Source of the DNA: a virus
Length of the DNA: 64,000 nucleotides
Direction: 5' to 3' (one strand)
Virus record (IMG/VR): IMGVR_UViG_3300042549_002989
Span: 5,195 to 69,194 of that record
The notes beneath the pieces are model-generated. The model was not told the DNA's origin, did no database searches, and saw only the letters and a list, made by a program, of their open reading frames with translations. Positions 39,605 through 48,170 of this stretch are shown here, in pieces. Position 1 is the stretch's first letter, and each line of letters begins with the position of its first letter. The position numbers and the translations under genes are program-made.

Positions 39605-40496
39605 GCCAGAGGACATGAAGCGCCTATTAAACAGCCCCTACAGGCTCCTAGCGCCCGTAGAACGCCTTCTGTTGGAGAACAACGCTAGAACCACTGACGA
39701 GCGTGACAGCCTCCACCTACACCCTTCTGAGATCTGTAAGAAGGATTGGTGCCCTCGTTCATCATGGTACAAAATCAAGGGCTACCCAGAACCTATTGAG
39801 TCGTTCACTCTTCAACGATTAAACATCTTTGCTGAAGGTCATCTTATTCACCAGAAGTGGCAGAACTGGTTGACTGAAGCAGGTGTAATGGAAGCCGTTG
39901 AAGTTCCTGTGATTGATGAAGACCATTTGATTATGGGACACGCTGATGGAATCATTAGCGACAAGAATGGTCGTGCAGTTCTTGAGATTAAAAGTCTTGG
40001 CGTAGGAACCATCCGTATGGAAGATTACGGATTGTTTGCTCCTTACGGTAAAAAAGAAATAACCATTGATGAATTGTGGAATCGCATTAAGAAACCGTTT
40101 GATTCACATGTTCGTCAAACACAGTTGTACATGCACTGTCTCGGTATACATGAAGCATTGATTTTGTACGAATGGAAAGCAACTCAAGATGTCAAAGAGT
40201 TTTCTATTCAGTTCCAACCCGATATAGTTGATGGCATCCTTGCTTCGTGCCACACAGTGGTTCGTGCATTAGAAGATAAAGCACCACCAGAGAGACCTAC
40301 ATGGTTGTCTCAGGATCATCGTGTTTGTAAAAATTGTAAATTCAAGAAGGAGTGTTGGAGTGACACGAATAGTACCGATGAATCGTCCAGTAGACCCCGT
40401 GGTAGCGAAGTTCCAACAGAAGTTCGGGTTACCAGAGCGTCCAGTGTCGGAGATTCCGTCACTTCCCAATTTCCTAGACGAGTTACCAGACAATAA
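39597..40496 (+). CDS. Cas4-like PD-(D/E)XK exonuclease
   Basis: HPSE..WCPR, GHADG, LEIKS, QTQLY and C-terminal CKNC...C. Confidence 0.85.
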   Translation: MIKPEDMKRLLNSPYRLLAPVERLLLENNARTTDERDSLHLHPSEICKKDWCPRSSWYKIKGYPEPIESFTLQRLNIFAEGHLIHQKWQNWLTEAGVMEAVEVPVIDEDHLIMGHADGIISDKNGRAVLEIKSLGVGTIRMEDYGLFAPYGKKEITIDELWNRIKKPFDSHVRQTQLYMHCLGIHEALILYEWKATQDVKEFSIQFQPDIVDGILASCHTVVRALEDKAPPERPTWLSQDHRVCKNCKFKKECWSDTNSTDESSSRPRGSEVPTEVRVTRASSVGDSVTSQFPRRVTRQ

Positions 40497-40860
40497 GTTA
40501 ATGTCTTTGTACAGTGAGTTTATGGCGTGGGTTTCTTACGCCAAGGCTGACTATGTGCAGGCAGAGATTGCCGAAGAGCGTGCGGCTAACCAGTTGCGCA
40601 TTACTGAATCTATGGTGTTGATCACACAGTGGGGAACTAAAGAAAAGGGTGACACAGTCACTTTGGCTAAAGCACACCGTGACATCAACCCAGAAGTGAT
40701 TGAAGCACAAACTGTATACAGTGAATGTAGGGCATATCGCAAGTTGGTTGAGTCTGTCTTTGAGCGTTGCGAGCGTGGTGCTCAAGTGTTGAGTCGTGAG
40801 TTAAGTCGCCGTATTGGTTTGGCACCAAAAGAATACAAACAAGCACGGTACATCTCATGA
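40360..40860 (+). CDS. Helical protein, possible recombination mediator (UvsY-like)
   Basis: All-helical, ends LSRELSRR; in the RecA module; start uncertain. Confidence 0.5.
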   Translation: MTRIVPMNRPVDPVVAKFQQKFGLPERPVSEIPSLPNFLDELPDNKLMSLYSEFMAWVSYAKADYVQAEIAEERAANQLRITESMVLITQWGTKEKGDTVTLAKAHRDINPEVIEAQTVYSECRAYRKLVESVFERCERGAQVLSRELSRRIGLAPKEYKQARYIS

Positions 40861-41117
40861 TAAAACCACCACGAATAACCTATGGTGGTGCGGCTCACTG
40901 TGCTCTACGGTACGCCACTATGAAAAAGAAGTCTGTAACGGCTGAAGAAATGCTGACTATGTTTCCTCACAAGTTCCGTAACTTGTCTCGTGTAAAAGAA
41001 GTTATGGTCATGCTTGCAAAGTACCAACTTCTAACTACCACACCAACTGGTTGGAAGATTAACTATTTTGGGTCTGAGTACCTCCGAGTAACTGCAAAAG
41101 GTTACAGAGGCGACTAA
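40857..41117 (+). CDS. Small winged-helix-like protein
   Basis: 86 aa; GWKINYFG wing pattern. Confidence 0.5.
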   Translation: MIKPPRITYGGAAHCALRYATMKKKSVTAEEMLTMFPHKFRNLSRVKEVMVMLAKYQLLTTTPTGWKINYFGSEYLRVTAKGYRGD

Positions 41118-41245
41118 TGGGGGATGATGAGAAGCCAGCACCAGATCCACGCACTACCCTTAAATATTGGGTAGACCTCTGTAGAAAACTACAAGAAGAA
41201 AATGAAAGGTTAAAGGAAAAAATTAGAGCCTTTTATGGTCACTAA
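41117..41245 (+). CDS. Small coiled-coil protein (42 aa)
   Basis: TAATG-coupled; MGDDEKPAPDPRTTLKYW... Confidence 0.5.
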   Translation: MGDDEKPAPDPRTTLKYWVDLCRKLQEENERLKEKIRAFYGH

Positions 41246-41295
41246 TTTTAAAAACCCCGATAAAGTGGTTTTCCAACCAACCAAAGGAGTACCCC

Positions 41296-41391
41296 ATGGG
41301 TGACTTTATAGTCCAAATAATTATGCTTACAGCAGTTTTTCTCTGTGGCGTGTTAATTGCAGATTCATACCACACGAAGAGGAAACCATAA
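41296..41391 (+). CDS. Small single-TM peptide (31 aa)
   Basis: AAAGGAG SD; MGDFIVQIIMLTAVFLCGVLIADSYHTKRKP; TAATG coupling. Confidence 0.55.
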   Translation: MGDFIVQIIMLTAVFLCGVLIADSYHTKRKP

Positions 41392-41651
41392 TGGTCAAGT
41401 TTAAATGTGTAGATGAATGCTCGGCATCATCTTTAAATGAAAAGTTAATACAAGCCCTATCAGAGCGAGATGAGTTAAAAAAGAAACTTGAATCTGTGCA
41501 ATCTGAATTAGATGTGACTCGTAAAGAAGTAGGCGTTTGGCGTAACGAAGCCAAGAGAGAAGAAGCCAATGCAAAGCGTTGGTATCGGGAATGGTCTCAT
41601 GTACTAGACCTGTACAACAACTTGACAAATAAGAGTACCGTCAATGGCTGA
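41391..41651 (+). CDS. Coiled-coil hypothetical protein
   Basis: Coupled ORF, heptad pattern. Confidence 0.55.
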   Translation: MVKFKCVDECSASSLNEKLIQALSERDELKKKLESVQSELDVTRKEVGVWRNEAKREEANAKRWYREWSHVLDLYNNLTNKSTVNG

Positions 41652-41874
41652 AGGATCTGTTCCGTACTCTCAACACCTACAAGTTGTGACTGACCGTGAC
41701 CGTCTTGAAAGGACAGTGAAGTCTATGAGAGAGACCAGTCACGAAAGCGACCTTCTAATGAGAGATTTAGATACGCAAGTTGAAAACCTTCTAAACGAGC
41801 GCACTCGCTTGCAAACCACGATTAAGTCTCTTGAAGCAGAGATTTCACGGTTAGAACACTTGACCTATGGGTAA
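41644..41874 (+). CDS. Coiled-coil hypothetical protein
   Basis: Overlapping ORF, heptad pattern. Confidence 0.55.
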   Translation: MAEGSVPYSQHLQVVTDRDRLERTVKSMRETSHESDLLMRDLDTQVENLLNERTRLQTTIKSLEAEISRLEHLTYG

Positions 41875-42232
41875 CAAGGCTAAAGCCAAGGGAACTTCTT
41901 TTGAGGTACTTGTAAGAGACTATTTAATCAATAAAGGTTTTATACACGCTCACAGACCTGCCCTGTCAGGTGGAAACGACACTGGAGATGTCAACGGTCT
42001 TGCCCGAAAGTCTGACATGCGAAAAGTAGCCGTCCAGTGCAAAAATCAAAAAGCCTTCCAACTGAGCCAATGGCTTAATGACACAGTAGAGCAAGCCAAG
42101 CGTTTGGGTGACGCAGTTCCTGTGCTGGTTGTCAAAAGGGCAGGTAAAGGTGAAAAAGCGTTAGGTGAGTCTTACGCCGTACTTCGGTTAGATGATTTGG
42201 TTCAACTGCTAGAAGACGCTGGTTTCAACTAG
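41867..42232 (+). CDS. Hjc-like Holliday junction resolvase
   Basis: KAKGTSFE..V, DTGDV and VQCKN motifs. Confidence 0.8.
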   Translation: MGNKAKAKGTSFEVLVRDYLINKGFIHAHRPALSGGNDTGDVNGLARKSDMRKVAVQCKNQKAFQLSQWLNDTVEQAKRLGDAVPVLVVKRAGKGEKALGESYAVLRLDDLVQLLEDAGFN

Positions 42233-42266
42233 AATAGGTGTACAACTTATAACAAGGAGTACAACT

Positions 42267-42557
42267 GTGTCACAAGAATTGAACACAACTATTGACGATG
42301 TCCTGAAGGTATCGGGGTCTAGTAACCCCCAATCCGTGGGATCACTACTGGCTCGTGCTATTAACGCTGGTCAATTGCCTAAAATGCGTGCTATTGGCGC
42401 ATCGGCAGTAAACCAAGCCGCAAAAGCAGCCGCAATTGCCCGTGGGTTTGTTGCGCCTCGTGGGACTGACCTGTCATTCATTATTGGTTTTGACGACATT
42501 GTGGGGGAAAACGGAGAAACCATTTCTGCGATATCATTTAAACCAGTAATTAAATAA
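42267..42557 (+). CDS. spoVS: SpoVS-family (Alba-like) nucleic-acid-binding protein
   Basis: LKVS..SNP.SVG...RAIGASAVNQAAKA.AIARGFVAP.G, close to the SpoVS consensus. Confidence 0.9.
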   Translation: MSQELNTTIDDVLKVSGSSNPQSVGSLLARAINAGQLPKMRAIGASAVNQAAKAAAIARGFVAPRGTDLSFIIGFDDIVGENGETISAISFKPVIK

Positions 42558-42565
42558 GGAGATTT

Positions 42566-42826
42566 ATGCCTTTACCATTAGCCGCATTAGCCGCTGGAAG
42601 CGCAGGAGCAGGAGCAACTGCTGGCGCAGGAGCCGCAACTGGTGCTAGAGCACTTGCTGGTAATTTGCTTAAATCCTCTGTAAAAAACTACGCTGTAAGA
42701 CAAGTGGTAAACCGTTCCGCTGAGAGCAACGGACACAGTGTCAGTAGTTCACAGTTCCCTGTTTCTTCTCCTGACTTTGCCCCCTCTCCAAATAATTATG
42801 TTGACAACGAAACGGCACGGTGGTAA
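42566..42826 (+). CDS. Ala/Gly-rich small protein
   Basis: AGGAG SD; MPLPLAALAAG... Confidence 0.6.
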   Translation: MPLPLAALAAGSAGAGATAGAGAATGARALAGNLLKSSVKNYAVRQVVNRSAESNGHSVSSSQFPVSSPDFAPSPNNYVDNETARW

Positions 42827-42828
42827 AA

Positions 42829-43191
42829 ATGGCTACTGAATCTTATGAAGTTAGAGATGGCAAAAAAGTAATTAATCTTACTGATGGCATCCCTGAACGA
42901 CCAGAGATGAGTAAGCGCCAAGCAAAGCGCCAAGAGCGTGCATGGAATAATCTTCGTAGTGAAGGTACGGCTATCCGTGGACGCCTTGCAGGTGCAGATT
43001 ATGCCACAGCAAAGCATGCCGAGCAGATTATGTCAGGTGCATTTGGCACTAAAGGCAAGAAGTTTGAAAGACATATTGACGAGTTTGTTAGAAACTCTGG
43101 TATGCACCCCAGCACTGCCGTAGCCCGATTTATGCAATATGGTCATTTGGGCACAGCATCAAACATTGAGATTACTGGTGGTGAAGAATAA
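42829..43191 (+). CDS. Hypothetical protein
   Basis: Coupled ORF in the small-gene array. Confidence 0.6.
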   Translation: MATESYEVRDGKKVINLTDGIPERPEMSKRQAKRQERAWNNLRSEGTAIRGRLAGADYATAKHAEQIMSGAFGTKGKKFERHIDEFVRNSGMHPSTAVARFMQYGHLGTASNIEITGGEE

Positions 43192-43469
43192 TGCCAAGTT
43201 ATAACGGACAGAAAGTATTTCGGCGTCAAGGATCTACTAGAAACCAGCCAGACACAGAATGGTCTAAAACGGCTTCTAAGGCTATTTCACAGGGCGCTAA
43301 GGTATTTCAGGACGATTCAGGCGCACAGCACCTTGTAAGCCCTTCTGGAGCGCACTGGGGTACATATAAGCGCCGTGAAGGACTCTACGAAGGTGGAACA
43401 TTGAGTAAGTTTAATCCTGATGACTCAGCACAAGACATTACGAACGCTTACACTCAAAATGGCTACTAA
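43191..43469 (+). CDS. Small protein, N-terminus MPSYNGQKV (paralogous to 45161)
   Basis: TAATG-coupled. Confidence 0.65.
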   Translation: MPSYNGQKVFRRQGSTRNQPDTEWSKTASKAISQGAKVFQDDSGAQHLVSPSGAHWGTYKRREGLYEGGTLSKFNPDDSAQDITNAYTQNGY

Positions 43470-43614
43470 AAAGAACCCTCGTTCTAAATCACGAACAAGC
43501 CAACGCTACGAGCGTAAAAAAGCAATTACTCGTTCTGCACGCCCTGTTTCCACTATTGGTGGAGGTGGTGGCGTACTAGGTCCATCTATGTCAGCAGGAG
43601 GTATGTGGGGATAA
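43459..43614 (+). CDS. Small basic protein
   Basis: MATKKNPRSKSR...GGGGG; coupled. Confidence 0.55.
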   Translation: MATKKNPRSKSRTSQRYERKKAITRSARPVSTIGGGGGVLGPSMSAGGMWG

Positions 43615-44111
43615 TGGCACAGCAAACACCTACATTCACATCATGGAATAGCCCAGCGCAAGCCCCTGGAGTTGGTACTGCCGTCACCATGGGTCCTGAG
43701 CCAGTATTTCGCAACGGTAAAGACGCACAACTTTCAGGTTTTCGCACAGCAGTAGACGCTCAATACCCAGACGGTTATCTTGGAACAATGGACGCCAACA
43801 GGCGTCAAGACAAGGTTCTGGGCACTCTTAGCCGTATGAACGCACGCCAATACAGCCGTGGTGTTCACAAAGGCGAAAGAGTTAATACAAGTGATTACTT
43901 CTGGCCTGAAGAGTTCAACCTGTACACAGCACTAGAAATGGAAGCACAAGGTAAGAAGTTCGCTCCTGTAGGAGCAGAGCCTGTGCGCCTCACCAACGAT
44001 GGTAAAGTCGGTCCTCGTGGTATCCCACGGGGTGATGAACCCAATCAGGCTACACAAATCAGCCCTGAGCGCCGTTCTCAACTAAAATCACTGGCTCCAC
44101 GCTGGCGCTAA
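43614..44111 (+). CDS. Hypothetical protein
   Basis: YPDGYLGT...RGVHKGER...YFWP; coupled. Confidence 0.7.
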   Translation: MAQQTPTFTSWNSPAQAPGVGTAVTMGPEPVFRNGKDAQLSGFRTAVDAQYPDGYLGTMDANRRQDKVLGTLSRMNARQYSRGVHKGERVNTSDYFWPEEFNLYTALEMEAQGKKFAPVGAEPVRLTNDGKVGPRGIPRGDEPNQATQISPERRSQLKSLAPRWR

Positions 44112-44129
44112 ATGAAGTAAAATATTTGT

Positions 44130-44549
44130 ATGGCTTACCGTTGGCAACCAGAAGAATATAGAAAACCACACAACGGTCAGAGCGTTTTTGGTGGAGGGAT
44201 GATCCCTACTATTAAACACCCTGACACTACACAGGCTGACTGGCGTACACCAGTTTCAATGGGTAATCAGGGTTCTCAACACAGTCGTCTATCATCAGCC
44301 CCTGTGTATATGCAACCATGGAGTGGAGAAGATGAAACGGGTAACTTCACACAAATTGGTGCAAATAAACAGTACACCTTTACAAAACCTACTCCAAAGA
44401 GTCCTTACCTTGACACCGAGAATGACGGTGACGGACCAGACGATGATTTTAAGCCACTAGGTGGCTCAACTGTCCCTCGCAAACCAAAACCCAATCCCAA
44501 GTCACCCTCTGGTGGCATGGCATTACCACTTCCACAGAAAGTAAAGTGA
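44130..44549 (+). CDS. Pro-rich hypothetical protein (leaderless)
   Basis: -10 TAAAAT 6 nt before the ATG. Confidence 0.65.
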   Translation: MAYRWQPEEYRKPHNGQSVFGGGMIPTIKHPDTTQADWRTPVSMGNQGSQHSRLSSAPVYMQPWSGEDETGNFTQIGANKQYTFTKPTPKSPYLDTENDGDGPDDDFKPLGGSTVPRKPKPNPKSPSGGMALPLPQKVK

Positions 44550-44556
44550 ATATCTA

Positions 44557-44883
44557 ATGGCACATGACCACCGCATGAACCCAATTGCAGACCCATACAT
44601 CAATCAGCGTAATGCAACAATGCGCCAAATGGAACAATTAGCATACATTCAAAATTATGATGCTGACAGCGTTCGTACTGCGTTAGGTATGCATTCAACT
44701 AACTCACCAGGTCTTGAAGGTCGTAGCAATATGCAAGACGACTATGACGATAACGAAGAACAAGGCACTATAACTGATGCTGACCTTATGCCAGATACCA
44801 ACATTCCGATTAATCCAGCAATTCGTGCATTCCAAGGGTCTGGACATGGCGTTCAGATTAAAAAGGGTAAAGAAGGTCAGTAA
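44557..44883 (+). CDS. Small protein, N-terminal motif MAHxHR..IADP.IN.RN
   Basis: Motif shared with 44883. Confidence 0.7.
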   Translation: MAHDHRMNPIADPYINQRNATMRQMEQLAYIQNYDADSVRTALGMHSTNSPGLEGRSNMQDDYDDNEEQGTITDADLMPDTNIPINPAIRAFQGSGHGVQIKKGKEGQ

Positions 44884-45161
44884 TGGCACATAACCATAGG
44901 GGACAGTACATTGCTGACCCATTCATCAATATGCGCAATGACATGATTGCTCAACAAGAAATGCTTGCACAGCGCAATGCAGGTCTTCGTGGCATCAATT
45001 ATGACCCTGAACAGTCAGACTATGATGAGGCGTATGGTCCTGCTGACCGTACACGCCGTACCGTACCTAGTGGTGGTGTAACTGGTGGGGTACCTAGCGA
45101 GAGCGAATACAACGATCAACAGACTATTGCGCAAGAGCGCCGTGTAAGAGGACAAAACTAA
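44883..45161 (+). CDS. Small protein, N-terminal motif MAHxHR..IADP.IN.RN
   Basis: Motif shared with 44557; TAATG-coupled. Confidence 0.7.
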   Translation: MAHNHRGQYIADPFINMRNDMIAQQEMLAQRNAGLRGINYDPEQSDYDEAYGPADRTRRTVPSGGVTGGVPSESEYNDQQTIAQERRVRGQN

Positions 45162-45343
45162 TGCCAAGTTTTAGAGGTAAAAGAGTAACTCACAAAGGTT
45201 ATTTTTCACCACCAAAGGGAACTCCATTAAGTGATGAATCAGCAAGAATCATGGACGAGAAGCGCATGGGCATGAAGCGCATGCCCGATGGTGGCAAAGA
45301 ACAACCACCAAACCTTGACGAGTACCCACGGGGGAACAACTAA
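45161..45343 (+). CDS. Small protein, N-terminus MPSFRGKRV
   Basis: TAATG-coupled on both sides. Confidence 0.65.
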   Translation: MPSFRGKRVTHKGYFSPPKGTPLSDESARIMDEKRMGMKRMPDGGKEQPPNLDEYPRGNN

Positions 45344-45630
45344 TGCCTAATGGACAAGATACCCGTTTCCACTCAGGTCGCTTAGTAGGTCGTGAATATC
45401 GGGCTATGACTAGGGGCACGCTTGCTCAAAACCAACAAGATGGTTACACCCATCCAACAGGTCCAACTACCATTTTTGGAGAAGAAGGCGCAGGAATGGC
45501 TCGTAGGTTATACCGTCAATCCCGTAGGACTGGAGCAAACGAGCAGGACGCCAGATCTCTTGCTATCCGTTATTCCATTATCGGCGCTCGTGATTCCTCT
45601 CAAGGTGCAAAAGGCTACGGAGGTAGATAA
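45343..45630 (+). CDS. Small protein with GxDTxxHxxRxV N-terminal motif
   Basis: MPNGQDTRFHSGRLVGR. Confidence 0.7.
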   Translation: MPNGQDTRFHSGRLVGREYRAMTRGTLAQNQQDGYTHPTGPTTIFGEEGAGMARRLYRQSRRTGANEQDARSLAIRYSIIGARDSSQGAKGYGGR

Positions 45631-45842
45631 TGGCTCGTGGAGAAGATACTCGCTTTCACTCAGGTCGTGGTGTAAGTCGTGGCGCATATGCCCAACTTGC
45701 TCGTGAACTTTCTAAAGGGTTTCCACAGATGAGTGATAATGATGGTCCTCGCCCTACAACGCATGGGTGTAATTCGTGTAACGAACCAACCTCCACAGAT
45801 CATGGTATTTGCGCTGACTGTCGTTCAAAAGGTTACAAATAA
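45630..45842 (+). CDS. Small protein with GxDTxxHxxRxV motif and zinc finger
   Basis: MARGEDTRFHSGRGVSR; CNSC...CADC. Confidence 0.7.
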   Translation: MARGEDTRFHSGRGVSRGAYAQLARELSKGFPQMSDNDGPRPTTHGCNSCNEPTSTDHGICADCRSKGYK

Positions 45843-46219
45843 TGCCTCGTGGACAAGATACTAGTAAGCACCCTAATCGTGGTGTAGACCGTGGAGCATT
45901 TGCACGACTTGGTCGCTCTGACCTTCCTCGGCTTTCGGAAGCCCTTGCAAATCATTTAAATGATTCTTTAGAAGGAATGAAGGAAGACTACGAAGACAGC
46001 GACACCGTTGAAGACGAGTTTGTCATGAGTCACTCCATGCCTAGCCTTATTAGAAAACCTTTTACGGGCAATAATTCCTACACCCAACCTTTTTCTGAAG
46101 GTGACGCATCTAACGCTCTTCAGGCATATCGCCAACGCCGTGATTCAGGAAAAATGGATTCTGACGATAAAGAGTTGTACGGAAACGATATTAAAGAAGC
46201 ATACAGGAATAGGGGTTAA
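45842..46219 (+). CDS. Small acidic protein with GxDTxxHxxRxV motif
   Basis: MPRGQDTSKHPNRGVDR. Confidence 0.7.
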   Translation: MPRGQDTSKHPNRGVDRGAFARLGRSDLPRLSEALANHLNDSLEGMKEDYEDSDTVEDEFVMSHSMPSLIRKPFTGNNSYTQPFSEGDASNALQAYRQRRDSGKMDSDDKELYGNDIKEAYRNRG

Positions 46220-46221
46220 CC

Positions 46222-46530
46222 ATTCCTCAATATCCGAATAAGCCGTGGCAGTCACGCCAAGAGATGCTTGTTGACCAAGCACTCAAGTCTGCTATTTCCA
46301 CGCCTGAAGATATACGCAAGATTCGTCCTGTAGTTCCACAAGGATTGTTTCCACAAACTCGTGGTATTAAAAAGCAACCAATGAGTGTGTCCGATTGTTT
46401 AACACTAGATCGTAACTTCCCGACATACCGTTCGTGGATGTCTGGCGCTCCTGTGATGTTTCGTGATGGATTCATGGAAGCAAACTCAGAAGCAACAAGT
46501 CGTTACTCAATGCAAGGATTGTGGACATAA
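46222..46530 (+). CDS. Hypothetical protein, possible ATT start (first ATG at 46264)
   Basis: In-frame ATT CCT CAA directly after the previous stop, with a purine-rich SD. Confidence 0.55.
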   Translation: MPQYPNKPWQSRQEMLVDQALKSAISTPEDIRKIRPVVPQGLFPQTRGIKKQPMSVSDCLTLDRNFPTYRSWMSGAPVMFRDGFMEANSEATSRYSMQGLWT

Positions 46531-46889
46531 TGGCAAGGTACCAACAAGGTATTGGCATACCAGAAACTCTCGGACCAAAACTTGGTGTGTGGAAAGAGCC
46601 AACAGCACCTGCATTTAAACCGTTTGCTATGCCAAACATTACTGCTGGCACAAACCGTAACTACGGTGATGCACCACAGTATGTAGACACTTGGAAAAGC
46701 CGTTGGGAACCCAAGCAAGGTGACTTGATGGCTCCCACAGGACGAACCAAGGCGTGGGGTCGTTCACAAGCACGAGCAAGTAGTCGTGGTACTGACCCCG
46801 ATGAACCTGTCACACGACCACCAACAAGCCGTACATTTAGCCGTGACCCTGCACACTCTCCAGATACTCGGAGAAGCATGTGGGACTAG
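46530..46889 (+). CDS. Disordered Pro/Arg-rich protein
   Basis: TAATG-coupled; ends PDTRRSMWD. Confidence 0.6.
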   Translation: MARYQQGIGIPETLGPKLGVWKEPTAPAFKPFAMPNITAGTNRNYGDAPQYVDTWKSRWEPKQGDLMAPTGRTKAWGRSQARASSRGTDPDEPVTRPPTSRTFSRDPAHSPDTRRSMWD

Positions 46890-47158
46890 ATAAACCAATT
46901 CGCCGTGCTGGTAGCACAGGTTCTGAACCTATCACTACTGCCCCACGGTCTCGCACACATGACCGTGCCAGCAATCCTGATATTCGCCGTGCTCTATGGG
47001 GTGCACCACAACCAGTATCTGATGTTTCTCCAATGTGGACAGATGTACAGCGCCAGCGCCGAGAAGTTTGGACACAACAACCCAAAGAAAAAAGCAGTTA
47101 TGGTTCTCCTGTTGAGACCTTTGCACAGCGCAGACATCGTGAAGTCTGGGAAGACTAA
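46880..47158 (+). CDS. Arg-rich small protein
   Basis: Contains PDIRRALWG, similar to the previous ORF. Confidence 0.5.
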   Translation: MGLDKPIRRAGSTGSEPITTAPRSRTHDRASNPDIRRALWGAPQPVSDVSPMWTDVQRQRREVWTQQPKEKSSYGSPVETFAQRRHREVWED

Positions 47159-47176
47159 ATAAGGTAAACTGTATAT

Positions 47177-47383
47177 ATGGCTGTTAATGATTCACGCTCA
47201 ATGAACCGAGACCTTCGTCTTGGTACAACCGATGGTAAGTTTAAGTCGCTTACCCCAGACCGTGGTGGTGAGGTTGACCCAACTTCTGCTACTGCTCGTA
47301 TGGCTGTCACTAAGTCATTGTTCCCAACTGGTGAGGTTTACTCTTTTACTGACCGTCACCCACTCGCTGACGCTGGTCTGTAA
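47177..47383 (+). CDS. Small hypothetical protein (leaderless)
   Basis: -10 TAAACT 6 nt before the ATG. Confidence 0.65.
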   Translation: MAVNDSRSMNRDLRLGTTDGKFKSLTPDRGGEVDPTSATARMAVTKSLFPTGEVYSFTDRHPLADAGL

Positions 47384-47385
47384 CT

Positions 47386-47658
47386 ATGTTTGGTGCAAAT
47401 AAAACACCAAAAGAAAACCCCACAACGGCAAAAAATCCGTGGTCGTTGGAGCGAGTTGGACACCCACACCAAAATATTACGATACGACATTTTGACGATA
47501 TTGGTGTTTCTCAAGTTTTTTCGGATGACAAACTAGTTGGACATTTTGCAGGCACAAACTCTCAACAGGAAGCACGGCGTCATGCGTGGGTTACATCTTC
47601 GTCTAGTTACAAGACAAAGGGAAATCCTAACGGTGACGAGTACAGCCGTCAATTCTGA
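47386..47658 (+). CDS. Small hypothetical protein
   Basis: 90 aa ORF following closely. Confidence 0.55.
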   Translation: MFGANKTPKENPTTAKNPWSLERVGHPHQNITIRHFDDIGVSQVFSDDKLVGHFAGTNSQQEARRHAWVTSSSSYKTKGNPNGDEYSRQF

Positions 47659-47705
47659 TTAAAAATATGTGCTAGGCTCCCTAGTAACTATCTAAGGAGT
47701 ACCAA

Positions 47706-48170
47706 ATGGCTGAAACCGACTTTGACCGAATCCTCGTGTGTAAAACACACGGTGTGATGTGGAAACTGCGTCCCTATGACGGACCTCCTGAGTACGACCA
47801 AGAGTTAATTGAACTGTGTAATCGTCACAACGCTCAAGTACCTGACCCTGATAATTGTCGTGCATCTATTTTCCGTACTGATCCTGAAACAGCATCTAAA
47901 TTGGATATGGAAACAGTCCTTAAGAATGAACTTAAAGAAATGGATGTGTACATCCGTGACTTCCGTGATGAACTTAAAGTAGACGCTCTTAAATGCTTCA
48001 ACAAACATGACCGACCTAAAGGTGGTTGTGGTGATTGGTGCACAGAGGAAAAAACTATTGGTCGCAAGATTGGTGTCCCACCAAATAAGCGCCAATATCT
48101 CTGCATGTACTGCCCCGTTGGTTCATGGGTTGCAGAACAAGAACGCATCCAAATGGGTATGTATAAGTAA
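47706..48170 (+). CDS. Cys/His-rich metal-binding protein
   Basis: CKTH, C..H..P...C and YLCMYCP motifs; AAGGAG SD; upstream TGcTAGGCT extended -10. Confidence 0.7.
   Translation: MAETDFDRILVCKTHGVMWKLRPYDGPPEYDQELIELCNRHNAQVPDPDNCRASIFRTDPETASKLDMETVLKNELKEMDVYIRDFRDELKVDALKCFNKHDRPKGGCGDWCTEEKTIGRKIGVPPNKRQYLCMYCPVGSWVAEQERIQMGMYK

Noticed and set aside
39597-40496. Cas4-like gene as part of a CRISPR system
   Set aside because: No repeat-spacer array or other cas genes seen; it sits in a RecA/resolvase module, typical of stand-alone phage Cas4-like exonucleases.
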